Assembly (NCBI GenBank): GCA_002269645.1
Contig: NIVC01002367.1
Span: 62,001 to 126,000, forward strand
DNA: 64,000 nt
From: Macrostomum lignano
Taxonomy: Eukaryota
Direction: 5' to 3'
This document shows positions 23,743 through 35,748 of the stretch, in pieces. Made by a program: the position numbers and the translations under genes. Every line of letters starts with the position of its first letter. The stretch's first letter is position 1. The notes under the pieces were generated by a model. That model made no database searches. It was not told where the DNA came from and worked only from the letters and a program-made list of their open reading frames with translations.

Positions 23743-26700
23743 AGATGACTGGTGGAGGGCTATGACTTTGACGATGGCATGGCCTTTGCCAGCCTTACTG
23801 AATTGACTTAATTATGACTAAATTATTTCACATTGGGCGCCATGTAGAAAAAATACTAAACTAAACTAAAAACTATTTAATTGGAGTTAAATTGAAGGAG
23901 CAGTAAGTGGGCGCAGGGCCCAAACCGATATATTTATAGAACATTTAACTTTGGGGGGTTGAGCCTAGAATAATAAAGAGAGGGGGTGGAGTGCGCGACT
24001 GAAGAGAGAGGCGAGAATGGAGAGCCAATCAGAAGGCAGCAAGGGAGAGAGAGATAAGAATAACAAGATTGAGCTAGACAGAGAGAGAAAACGGAGTAAA
24101 CAGAGACAATTGAAGGTGAACTAAGAAATGACTAGGAAAGTCGCGACACGCACATCTCGCAAGCACCGGTCGACAGCCTCCAAATCCTTCCGGTTTGTCA
24201 TAGAAATCTCGTCCCACACAATTAGACGCGCTGTGCGAAATACATCAGCTTGTTTGGACTGCACTCCAACAGCGCACACGTCCTTGTTTGAGCGTAATAC
24301 CCGAATTGGTATCTTGAACCTGACATGGAAAAATTTGGGTATCAAACAGCAGAGGAAGTATTCACATATTTACTTGTTTAATTATTCGTAAGTTACCAAT
24401 AATTTACAAATTAAATATAAACAACTCACGTGGAATGCGCAGTTTGTCCACCTGGCAACAGAGTCGCTGCGATTCCAGAAGCCGCAACGGCGAGAGCGAC
24501 TTCACCCCGGCTGGGCACGAAGGCCAGCAAAACCTCCAGCAGGAAGGTTTTGCCAGTGCCAGCGGGCGCGTCCAGGAAGTGCAAGCCGCCGTTGCCGCTC
24601 ACAAGATCCTGAGTCACTGACTCGTACACGGCTTTCTGCTCGTCTGTTAGCATTGGTAAGCGTGCCTCAGTAATCTGCGCTTGCTCAATCGTATCGAACT
24701 GCATCAGTCCATCTTGAGGCATCACGGAGGCCGCAGGCAAGCCGAACTCTGGCAGGCTTCTCCCACCCATGGAGGTCAGCATGCTCTGCAGCTCGCGGAG
24801 CGCTAGGTCAGTAATCTCCTCGGCACTTAGATCTCGATGGTGGAACCGCAGGTCCTCGCACATATCTTCGGCAAAAGAGCACCAGAGGTCGTTGCCATCC
24901 TCAGGCTCGCCCCATATGAGAATGACAGCCAGAAGGTGTCTCAGAGCTCTTGGCACTCTTGACTGAACGGCCTCAGCTAGGCACCGCCGCCAGTGGTCAT
25001 CTCGCTGCAACAGGCCAAGTGCCATGCAAGCAGCCTTGGCGCTGGGATGCACAACGCCGTCCACGGTCTGCAGCGCCTCGAAGCTGGTTGGTCCCTTGAC
25101 TCGCAAAAGGAGCATGCGAACATAAAATAAATCACCAGTTCTTGGGTTCACCGTGTACATGCGTGCAACGTTTGTGTTCCGCACTACACCCGGGTGGCCA
25201 TCGGCTTCGCGCCTCGCTTCGCCCGCCGCCACACTCTTTCACTGGCATGCCACACGAAGTAGGACGGCACCTCCGTGTAGAGCAAGGACCGAGCGAACTC
25301 GTCAGTACGGCACAGCTTGAAAAATGCCGTCAACGTAGAGTCCCTCGGCGTCCTGACTCTAGCACTTGCGGTCTGCTCGTTGAAATACACGAGCTGCTCC
25401 TCCGACTTGTGAACGCAGAGCCGGATGACCGCCGGAAATCTGTCGTGCACCTGATCAGAAGGTGGGAGAGAAATAATCACTTTTAAGTTTTTCCGAATAC
25501 AAAAAGCCATAGCTTTGCAATATTTAAAATTTAAAATATTTATTACTTCAAAGCCCAAAATTGTATTCACAGCTTCCATTGGGCCAATGTAGCGCGCAGA
25601 CAGATACTCCTTGATTTCATCACGCGGCCTCTCTCCATCGTTTGCCGCTACCGTTTGTGCCGGCTGCTGACTACCCGCACTCTGCTCTGTCGCTTCAGCA
25701 GAATTCTGATTGGCATTGACTTTGAACGTTGCCATGTCGCCGCCCTTCAGCAAGTACTTGATCACGTACTTGACCGACTTTACAGTGGCACAAACTTCAA
25801 CGTTCATGTGGCACGCAAACTGGAGCAACAGTTCAGGGCTATAAGGCACAACCCACCTGTGGTTTAAGGATAAAAACATTGTCAAACGTTTCCAACATAA
25901 AATACAAGAGGCATCTAATACTCATGACTCGCCTATTGTCCATGCGAATGCTGCGGCCTTTGAACAGTTTGTCCACTGTAAATCCACCTATCTCAGGCGA
26001 CAGTCTGCGGTACAGTGGGTAGCCAGTATCGCTGGTCAGCGTCACCTGCTGGAACTCCTTCGGAAAGCCCTTGCTGCATTCGCCATTCTCCATGCACGGG
26101 CACGCTGGATTGTCCTTGCCACAAGGACCATGGATCATGTGCGTTTTCACCAGCTCATACAGCACAGGCTGCTGCTGTGGGTCCGGAATCTCGGCAGACA
26201 CGATGTCATCGTATCGGTCCGGAGTCACCCGCTGGCCGCTCGCGAGCCACAGCAGAAAGTGCACATGGGGGAGACCTGGATTATCAAAAAAAGTATCAAG
26301 ACATCTTTCAGTCCAATTATCCGATCTGTATCGAATTTGCATCATACAAACCCACCTATATTTAGTATCTTTATAACGATATAAATTTCATAAAATTTAA
26401 TACTGAGACTTGCACTCACCACGCTTTTGGTACTCTAGCGAGCAGACGTGCGCGGCCTCTTTCCCATAGCGCTTCGTTAGCTGGGCCAGCAGAGCTTTCT
26501 TCTTCATTTCAAAGACTCGGCTAACAATGTCCGGCCGGTGTTCAGCCCGCTGTCCAGGCAGCAGCTGGGCGCTGATCTCAGGCCAATTCGGATTGCATGT
26601 TGCCGTGACAAACAGGTCCGGCTTACCAAACTTGTGAACATAGGTCATAGCGTCCTGCAGCCTCTCCATCAGGTACCTTGGCCTACCAACGAAGCTTGAG

Positions 26701-26989
26701 GACAGAAGCACATGTGCGGGCTTGCCTATGCCTATGTCACTCGGATCTCTGTCGGTAGACCTGCCATCAGCTGCAAACAGAGCGTCCCGCAGACCGCTAT
26801 ACGTCTCGCTGCGCAGGTCCTGCTGATCGGTCCGCAAATACAGCAGACTCTCTGCCTCAATCTTGGCACACATGTCCACCAAGTACTGCTGAAATAATCT
26901 TCGGCCATAGTGTAGCACAGTGAACTGGCCCGCTCGCACCATGATTTCGCTCGCGTATTACTTCATTGGCGTCAATTTCTTGCTTCTAT

Positions 26990-27920
26990 GATTTTTACAT
27001 GACGCTTCTACGATTGTTTACATGACGCTTCTATGATTGTTTACATGACGCTTCTACGATTGTTTACATGACGCTTCTACGATTGTTTACATGACGCTTT
27101 TATGATTGTTTACATGACGCTTCTATGACTTTTACATGACGCTTCTATGATTTTTCATGACGCTTCTATGATTGCTTACATGACGCTTCTATGATTGTTT
27201 CTATGATTGTTCTTCTATGATTGTTACATGACGCTTCTATGATTGTTTACATGACGCTTCTATGATGGTTTACATGATGCTTCTATGATTGTTTACATGA
27301 CGCTTTCATGATTGTTTACATGACGCTTCTATGATTGTTTACATGACGCTTCTATGATTGTTTACATGACGCTTCTATGACTTTTACATGACGCTTCTAT
27401 GATTTTTCATGACGCTTCTATGATTGTTTACATGACGCTTCTATGATTTTTTGTATGACGCTTCTATGATTGTTTACATGACGCTTCTATGATTGTTTAC
27501 ATGACGCTTTCATGATTGTTTACATGACGCTTCTTTGATTGTTGACATGACGCTTCTATGATTGTTTACATGACGCTTCTATGACTTTTACATGACGCTT
27601 CTATGATTGTTTACATGACGCTTCTATGACTTTTACATGACGCTTCTATGAGTTTTGTGTAGTGTGTTGAATTATATAAAAGTGTGTAGCTTTTATATAA
27701 TTCCACACTCACTCACGAAGCAGTTATGACATAATCAATTTCCAAGGCAAGTCAGTATCAGTCTTAATTAAAGTTGACAATATGGTTTTTTGTATGACGC
27801 TTCTATGATTGTTTACATGACGCTTCTACGATTGTTTACATGACGCTTCTAGATTTTTCATGACGCTTCTATGATTTTTACATGACGCTTCTATGATTTT
27901 TTACATGACGCTTCTACGAT
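26990..27920. repeat. ~23-bp satellite (ACATGACGCTTCTATGATTGTTT), same family as 16690-17150
   Basis: Direct reading. Confidence 0.95.
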
Positions 27921-28173
27921 TTTTGTGTAGTGTGTTGAATTATATAAAAGTGTGTAGCTTTTATATAATTCCACACTCACTCACAAAATTGTAGCCGCCA
28001 AAGTCGTCAACCAATAACCAAAGTCGTCAGCCAAAGTCGTCAGTCGACCTTTGGATTTCCGCAGGGAGTATGGATTTCCCTAGTCCATAGACCATAGAAT
28101 ATACGTTCAATAGTCACGCAGCCATGGCATGCTAGATTCCCCTATGCACATAGACAAGCCAATGAGAATTGAT

Positions 28174-28776
28174 TGACGACTTTGGCTGACGACTTTGGCT
28201 GACGACTTTGGCAAATTGACGACTTTGGCTGACGACTTTGGCAAATTGACGACTTTGGCTGACGACTTTGGCTGACGACTTTGGCAAATTGACGACTTTG
28301 GCTGACGACTTTGGCAAATTGACGACTTTGGCTGACGACTTTGGCAAATTGACGACTTTGGCTGACGACTTTGGCTGACGACTTTGGCAAATTGACGACT
28401 TTGGCTGACGACTTTGGCAAATTGACGACTTTGGCTGACGACTTTGGCAGCTTGACGACTTTGGCAGCTTGACGACTTTGGCTGACGACTTTGGCAGCTT
28501 GACGACTTTGGCAGCTTGACGACTTTGGCTGACGACTTTGGCAGCTTGACGACTTTGGCTGACGACTTTGGCAAATTGACGACTTTGGCTGACGACTTTG
28601 GCAAATTGACGACTTTGGCTGACGACTTTGGCTGACGACTTTGGCAAATTGACGACTTTGGCTGACGACTTTGGCTGACGACTTTGGCTGACGACTTTGG
28701 CTGACGACTTTGGCTGACGACTTTGGCTGACGACTTTGGCTGACGACTTTGGCTGACGACTTTGGCTGACGACTTT
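28174..28776. repeat. Mixed 13/17-bp tandem array (GACGACTTTGGCT / GACGACTTTGGCAAATT), with three inverted monomers at 27997-28043
   Basis: Direct reading. Confidence 0.96.
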
Positions 28777-29466
28777 AACAGTGGTGTTTTAACTTCATAT
28801 TCTTTAACACTGGTGTTTTGACTATGGAGGAAATAATAGAATAGAGTGCTAGTCTGAGCCAGTTATTTTTATCTCGATCATAACATCCCTTTCCCCTCGT
28901 TCTCCCCTATTGGCTCTGGATTGCCATAGACAGTATTTTTCGTCTCGTTTTCGCTTTAATGTTTTAACACTTTTGTTTTGACTCCCTATTCTTTAACACT
29001 GTTATTTTGACCTCTATGTTTTAGCCTACTTTGATCTAAACAAAGAAAAGAGCCAACCTGCGAGAGCATGTTTGACATATTAAGCTTATGGGAGCTAATC
29101 TGCGCGAGTAAACTCAACATACGGGGCTTATGGGAGCCGATTTGCATGAACGCTTTTACCATAGACAATTAAACGAAGTAACACAAAGGGCTTTGAAAGT
29201 GCATTAATCGAAATTGAATTAGCTCTAGATGCATCCATACAATTAGATATATCTGTTGACGATCAAACACAGCGGCCTGTACAAAATCGGTCCCAGCTAG
29301 GCCTATTGGCCATAGACACAAAAGTGTATATCGCATTTCGTCGGTTATATTATATTAACAGCCCATCAGGTATAGAATTCTTCCCCTTTCGCATCTGCTC
29401 TGTTCTTAGCATCTGTTATTCTCACTAGAATTATTCAGTAAGTAGTTCAAACTGAATTAGATAAAG

Positions 29467-32400
29467 ATGGCCGATAATCAAAATAATGACAATACGGCAT
29501 GTCCAGTCTGCGCCGAGTTGCTCTGTCGAACGAGCATGGTGCGACATCTAGTGAGACGCCACGCATCATTCATCCGCGAGTTCGACTGGACCGGTGTTGA
29601 AGAACAACGACGTCCAAACGCGGGTGCGCCTATAACGGCAAAGGCGTTGGCTGTGTTGAAAGCGACCAGGTTGCAGCATGGCGGTGCTGTGTACGACATG
29701 ACAATGTGTCCACACTGCCATAAGATTGTTCGTTGTGTCGAAAGACATATAAAACGATCATGCAAGCGAAAGCCTGACGCAACAAACGCACGCCCAACAG
29801 ATGTGATTGCTCAACAGACTGTTGAACAGTCGGTCGTCAGTTTATCCGCTGGTCCGTCTACAAGTGGTTTACTCGACGGTGTAGACGTTGGACCAAGCAG
29901 TGATTCCAATTTTCAAACTGCGACCAAGACAGTCAACAGTGAACGCCGCCGCGCTCAAACGGTGACCCCGGCATCGAACACCGAACGCCAATCAGCAGCT
30001 AAGTTCGCAACCGGGTCGACCAATACCGCACCTGATCATGTTAGACCGTGTGTCGTCGAGTCTGTCGAAGAGTTGTACATCACAGACGATGGCACCCAAG
30101 TTGGACCGGATCGATTCAAACAGAGACCATCTGGCGACGACCGTGTTCATCAATCGTCTAACAGTGATTCAGTCGGCAACAGCATCACCGATGCGGTGAT
30201 ACTAAAGGCGCGCCAATTTCAAGGTAATAATATTTAATCGTTAAATTCTTCTATATTAGTAGATAGTATCGCACAATATTATTGTATACTTATCGACGTG
30301 TACTAATTACATAGTAAATGGATATTGTTTTATGCTTAAACAACCAACAGGCTATTTGACTGATCTGCAAAAAACAGCTAGTCAACTTGACAGGCTTGCA
30401 GAACAGCTTCGTCCAGACATGGAGACTAGCGACGTAGACATTGTCGATGTGACACGTGTACTCCGTGGTCACGTCGAATTGGCGTCTAAACAGCTGGTCC
30501 GTGCACTCGAGACGAGCATCAGTCAGGTCAAGCGTCCTGCTATCGATAGACTGGCCAGCGCGGTACAACGGCACCAAGAAGTAGGAGAAGAGATCGCGGT
30601 TGGTAACGTCGTCGCGACATCAGACGACGAGATTGTTGCCAGCTTATTGGACGCGATCGAACAGTGTGCCAAGGACAATGAAACTGCAGATTCTGAGCAG
30701 CAAGGCAGAGTCATTGTCGTACCAGCGCCGCCTGACAACGACCAAGCCGCCGATGTGTCGTCTGGTTCCGATGCCGACATTCAGGACGAAGCGGATGACA
30801 ATGCGGGTGGTTCCGACAGCAGTGTGAGCGAGACTGATGATCCACTTGCCGTGATCGACTATGGTGAAGCACAGTCTATCGCCGAGGACATGACTAAGCG
30901 ACTTGTCGATATTTGGTGGAAAATTAATAACAAGATCGAAGAAAACAAGTCGCATGTCCATCGTCGGAAACAACTGACCACTGCGGTTCGAGGAACGCTT
31001 GCCAAATTAAAACATAAGCTGGGCGTCAGTCTGGAGACTTGGTTAAATGCTCCGCACCAAGTTGCCACAGACTTGACAGAGATGAAAACCCGCGGTGTCT
31101 GGCAAGCAAGTACCGCCGGAGTAAAAGCATGCCAATTACAGTGCATCCTAGCCGCAGTCAAGACTCTATTGGAAAATGAGTCTGATTTCGGTGCCATCAC
31201 TGTAATTAGGGCACTCCGGTTATCGGAACCACCCAACGGCGTATTCACTGACGCAGCAGATGACGTCACTACCGCGGCCAGACTATTACATGGAATAGCC
31301 AGCGGAGTAAAGAAGTTGCCCAGCAATCTATACCATCGAAAGACAGTGTCTGCGTTTCTAATACCTCGAATCGATGCTGTCTACGTAAGTACCTGTTTGC
31401 TTGTTTGTTTGTTTGTTTGATTATATTTTTGAAATTATAATCTATATTATGTGTAAATTAGAGCTATAAACTATGATTGTGCACATGATGGTGGTGATGA
31501 TGATGATGATGGTGATGATAAGAACGATAATGATGATAATGATGATACATAAAGATGAATTTTTGCTTCTCTTATAATACACACAGGCGCAACTCGGACG
31601 AGTCAGCCGACAACAGGATAATCGGTACCATCTGAATGATGATGCGCGACAACAAAAATACACCGAGTTGTTCCTGTCTGTCGAAGAGTATGACCTCGTA
31701 AGAAACAGGCTACTGGAATTGGTCGATATGATCGAGAAACATTCCTGGTCAGATTTACCAACAGAAGGTGCCTGGTCCGACATTGCGCGCTGGTCAATCA
31801 AACGAATTCTCCGCGAGGAAGATGGCGCGATTTCATAATGCCAATCAGTCGCGAGTTGGCATTCTTGGGCACTGCAATATTCCATAGCAATCGTGTATTG
31901 CCATGGATCTATCTGTGTCGGCATCACCTCGAAGACGCGTTAAAAAACAAAGGCTCCAGTATGGATACCGTCATAACGCGATTACCACCTAGCGAGGTGC
32001 CACACAAGCAAGGTTCGCGAGGCCGTGGTGCAACACTGTTGTCACCGAGACGATTGTGTAAATCGTTCATTCTATGGTGTCAAAAGTTTGTCACGCCCGC
32101 GCTCGAAGACCTAGATGTGCAAGTGCCTGATGAAATGCAATATATCTTCCCTACTTCCAACGGGACGGCTCGAGTCACTGGTGACTATTCGAGGCTCGTG
32201 GTCGATGGTTCGGTTCGAGTGATTGGTCGCAAATACCGGGCCAGCGATGGACGGCGCAATCAATTGTCTGCGTACGCGCGTTTTCATCCGGACCAGATTG
32301 AACAGGTGACGCATTTGTACGATACTTCGAAGCCTGTTGTCACCCGGTACTACGCCGCCGCAGCAATTGACGCAGCCCGACTCGAAGTTGCTACCGACTT

Positions 32401-33492
32401 GAGGGACTGTTTCGAAAAGTTCGCAGTCAACCAAACTGGTGACGAGCGGAGCAAATCGAAATGCGCAAAAGTCCAACAGTCCATCTTGGATGCGTCGACG
32501 CTTGCGACAGCAATCGATCAGCAGACCAGTGAGTCGGCGACGAAGACGACGACGACAACGGGAAGCAGACGACGACGACGAAGCGTTAGCATCGTATTGC
32601 CAGAGCAGCACGACCAAGCCGACGTTGGTACTGCACCGACTAAGACGTCTGGCAAATGTCGCCGCTCTCAGTCGCTGTCGCCGCGTCCGCCATCGTCCGG
32701 CAAATGTCGCCTCTCTAAATCGCCGTCGCCGCGTCCGCCATCGTCCAGCAAATGTCGCTCATTACCGCCGTCGCCGCGCTCGCCGTCGTCTGGTAAGAGT
32801 CGTCTGAAATCAAACTCTCACCAGTTGGCGTCGACATTGTCATCGTCGTTGAGCAGAATGTTGCGATCCAAGTCGCCACATTCGCCACCAAAAAAAAACA
32901 ACGCGGTATTATCAATTTGCCGAACGTCGATCTAGACGCCGACGATGATGACGATGCTGACGAAGACGCCGATGACGACGGGGCAACAACTGGCTGTCAA
33001 AGAAGCGATGACGCGACTCATACGCCAAATGTACAGACTAGCCATCGCCGCCGCTGTGACAACCGATCTGTACCTAAATCGGGGTCGTTGCTCTCCTCTA
33101 TACGTACACGCATTGGATCGAGCGTACCTGCCGATTTAAGTCGATTGGCTGCTGCTAACGATGATGCTGACGATCGGCGATTAGTCCAGACGCGGTCGGA
33201 GCGGCGCACTCGTTTGTCTGGTACATCGACTGACAGTGCTACGTCTTCAGTGGCTGTTGATCAGTCGATTGCTGCGACATCGAATGTGCGATCATCGAGC
33301 AGGCGACGCAGATCACTATCAACATCTAGTATGCGTGCGAACATCACCCGACGACGATCGCAGTCCGTTGATGCAATTGACTGCGTTGCGACTGGATCGC
33401 GTGGGGGTCGACCGGATCAACAGCAACCGCAACAACACAGGAGCTGTATTGTCACCCGATCAGGTCGTGTCGTTCGGCGCACAGATGCTTGA
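29467..33492 (+). CDS. Zinc-finger + tyrosine-recombinase-like protein (Crypton-type), 3 exons: 29467-30223, 30351-31384, 31587-33492 (two apparent 1-nt homopolymer deletions at ~31833 and ~32891)
   Basis: CPVC..HLVRRH and CPHC..RHIKRSC fingers. GT-AG introns 30224-30350 and 31385-31586 join ORFs in frame. YIFPTSNG, ASDGRRNQ and QVTHLYDTSKPVVTRYY resemble the C-terminal YR boxes. Low-complexity Ser/Arg/Asp tail. Confidence 0.6.
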
Positions 33493-34259
33493 TTGAGTAA
33501 AATATCGATTTATATCTATTTTTTTACCGATTACGCCACATCACAATGGTTGTGTCCAAAACAAACAAGGAGGTAATTAGGAATTATTTCTTCGAAAAAC
33601 AAATTAAGCTTCGACCGTGTGAAACGAAATCGAAACTTATCATCAAGCCTCACTCAGTTGTAGACGCAACCATATGTGAATGAACATATGTAGTATAACT
33701 GTACATAAAATTATGCGCGCACACGTATATATATGACTAGATGTACGTGTGTTTGTTTTCCTGTCACAGATTAATACGTACATGAACCGTGTGTGTATAT
33801 AGATTAGTGCGTTTATTATTGTTGATTCATTGCAATGTAAATAGTATAGAGCGATTTAGCTTGATTGTGTGCGTTTCATACACCAAGATAATATCGAGCG
33901 CACTCTAACTAATCTATTAATAACAGTCTATATAATAATGCAATATTCAAACGAGAAGCGAGACCAATCGATTGGCTGTTGGATTGTTAATTACAACGAA
34001 ATATTGCGCTCGATATCTTCTTGTTTTTTCTTTTTAATTACTATTCTATATAATGCGTTTAATTGTTTTATATCGATTTATAATCGTCGCCATATATGCT
34101 ATTTATTGATTAATGTTTACGTACTAGCCATAACATTAAGTTGTTGGTTGAATGTTTTGATAACGGATTGATTGAAAGATTGAATGGCTGATCGATTGGT
34201 CGGTTTATTTATTTTTTTGTTGATTGATTGGTTGATTGATCGATTGATTAATTTATTGA

Positions 34260-34505
34260 TTGCTTGTCAGTTCAGTCGGTCAGTCAGTCGGATAGGGTCA
34301 ATCAGCTCAGCCAGTTCAGTTAGTCAGTTCAGTCAATCAGTTCAGTCAGCTCGGTCATCTCAGTCAATCGGTTCGTCAACCCAATCAGTCGGCCATTTCA
34401 GTCAGCTTAGTTTAGTTTAGTCAGTCAGCTAGCTTATTTCAGCCAGTCAGTCAGTCAGTTCATTCAGCTCAGACAACTCAGTTAGCTAAGTCAGTCAGTC
34501 AGTCA
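34260..34505. repeat. Degenerate (CAGT)n simple repeat, preceded by (GATT)n at 34160-34260
   Basis: Direct reading. Confidence 0.85.
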
Positions 34506-35748
34506 TCAGCCGCTCTACTTACAACTGAGCAAGAGCGAAATAGTCAGGGTTTAAAACATCGAGATGGACAGGTCGGCCTCAATCTATGTCTATGGCTGCA
34601 ACAACGTATCGAGAGTGATAAATCGATAGGGAGACTTCAAATTTTTATTCTATGGCAAAAATGGGGCAGTAGAATGAGTATTCAGCCAGAAGGGAGTTTA
34701 GAGTGTGTACAAACAGCATGCTATATTATAACCCAGACAGTTTAACTTGTACTTTCTTAATCGCAGTCACAAACGAATAGAAGAAACAAATAGGCAGGTG
34801 TGATTTTGAATTGCAGCGGCCCATGGCATGGAGAGGAGAGGAAAGCATCGGGAGAGTGGCTTCCCCCAAGATAAGTTACCCTCAGACAGCAACAGGTGGC
34901 TTCCCCAGGATAAAAGTATTCACATACAGCGTTTCCCAGAAAAAAAACAGCAGCAGCATACGTTTCATTAGACAGATTAGCGGAGGTACAGTTTGCGGTT
35001 TTCCCAGACAGATTTTCCAAGAAAGAAACCAACCTGATATTCACTAGACGGATTAAGCAGGCAGGGAGCAGGCAGATCAGTAAGCATTAGGCTAACCCAA
35101 GATAAGTTACCTCCTATACGGACGGGCCCCTCTAACCATTCCCCCCCCCAATACAAATTACCCACATGCAGCAGCATACGTTTCATTAGACGAAATGAAA
35201 TAAAAAAAATTTTTCGGCGCGAAAATTTTCTAAGTCAAAATAATTTTGACACTTAGAGAAATTTCACATTTCTCGAGCTAGCGCAGCGGTCCCCCAGAAA
35301 AAAATACTAGGCTGTGACAGGTAAGTGGTTGGGTTTGGTGTTGTGAATAATGATAGTGATAGGTAGGTAGATTGGGTGGGTTAGTTAGTTAGTCAATCAG
35401 TATGCTATATGAGGGAGTACTACTAGTGTTTATTGTTTAGTCAGTCAGTCAGCCAGCCAGCCAGCCAGCCGGTTGGTTTGATTAACAGCAGTATTAGAGA
35501 CAGAGACAAACATAAACTATCTAACATAGATAGATAGATAGATTACCATAGACTAAAGTACTAACTAGTGTCGGTTAGCATCCATTTGTCCATCCCTCCA
35601 TCCAAACAAAGTGATGTAGGGGTAAGAGATATCGACATAGCGGTATCATTCATTCAGTTGCGCATAACCAACAACCATAGACAATTAATTCTCTTTTTAA
35701 CATTGATCGCGTGCGCACTGCTCTAATCTGTCTGTTACTAATAAATTA

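Larger units (their letters stand above)
20939..24148 (-). mobile_element. Non-coding LTR retroelement (TRIM/LARD-like): LTRs 23843-24148 and 20939-21257, tRNA-Lys PBS, PPT, 5-bp TSD CGCAC
   Basis: Both LTRs are TG...CA. Minus strand TGGCGCCCAATGTG at 23842-23829; GGGGGGAG before the 3' LTR; CGCAC at 20934-20938 and 24149-24153. Removing it restores RDVRKQD in the helicase. Confidence 0.93.
19785..26985 (-). pseudogene. Helitron Rep/Pif1-like helicase (RepHel), spliced, with one nonsense codon (~26958), one frameshift (~25210) and an LTR-element insertion
   Basis: Rep motifs DLFVTATCNPNWPEI, EYQKRG|LPHVHFL, LVKTHMIHGPCG, KYVIKYLLKGGD. Helicase DAPAGTGKT, TAHST|FKIP, VWDEISM, GDFRQLLPV, FCLTIHKSQGQS, HGQLYTALSR. 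Introns 26276-26419, 25857-25932, 25451-25546, 24320-24429 and 20550-20707 all restore frame. Confidence 0.93.
17709..27950 (-). mobile_element. Helitron with RepHel coding region (3' end at 17709; 5' end truncated/uncertain)
   Basis: Hairpin GCTCCCC-GTT-GGGGAGC at 17721-17737 plus CTAG at 17709-17712 lie downstream of the RepHel stop. The 5' side carries the same 23-bp satellite as the non-autonomous unit. Confidence 0.8.

Noticed and set aside
11370-28776. Regular 20-23 bp repeats as possible CRISPR arrays
   Set aside because: Monomers are contiguous with no unique spacers, there are no cas genes and the context is eukaryotic.
31836-31840. TAATG stop-start overlap suggesting viral-style translational coupling
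   Set aside because: Adding one T to the preceding T run gives a continuous frame (AIFIMPISRE). Similar 1-nt homopolymer losses occur elsewhere, so an indel or sequencing error is simpler; not fully excluded.
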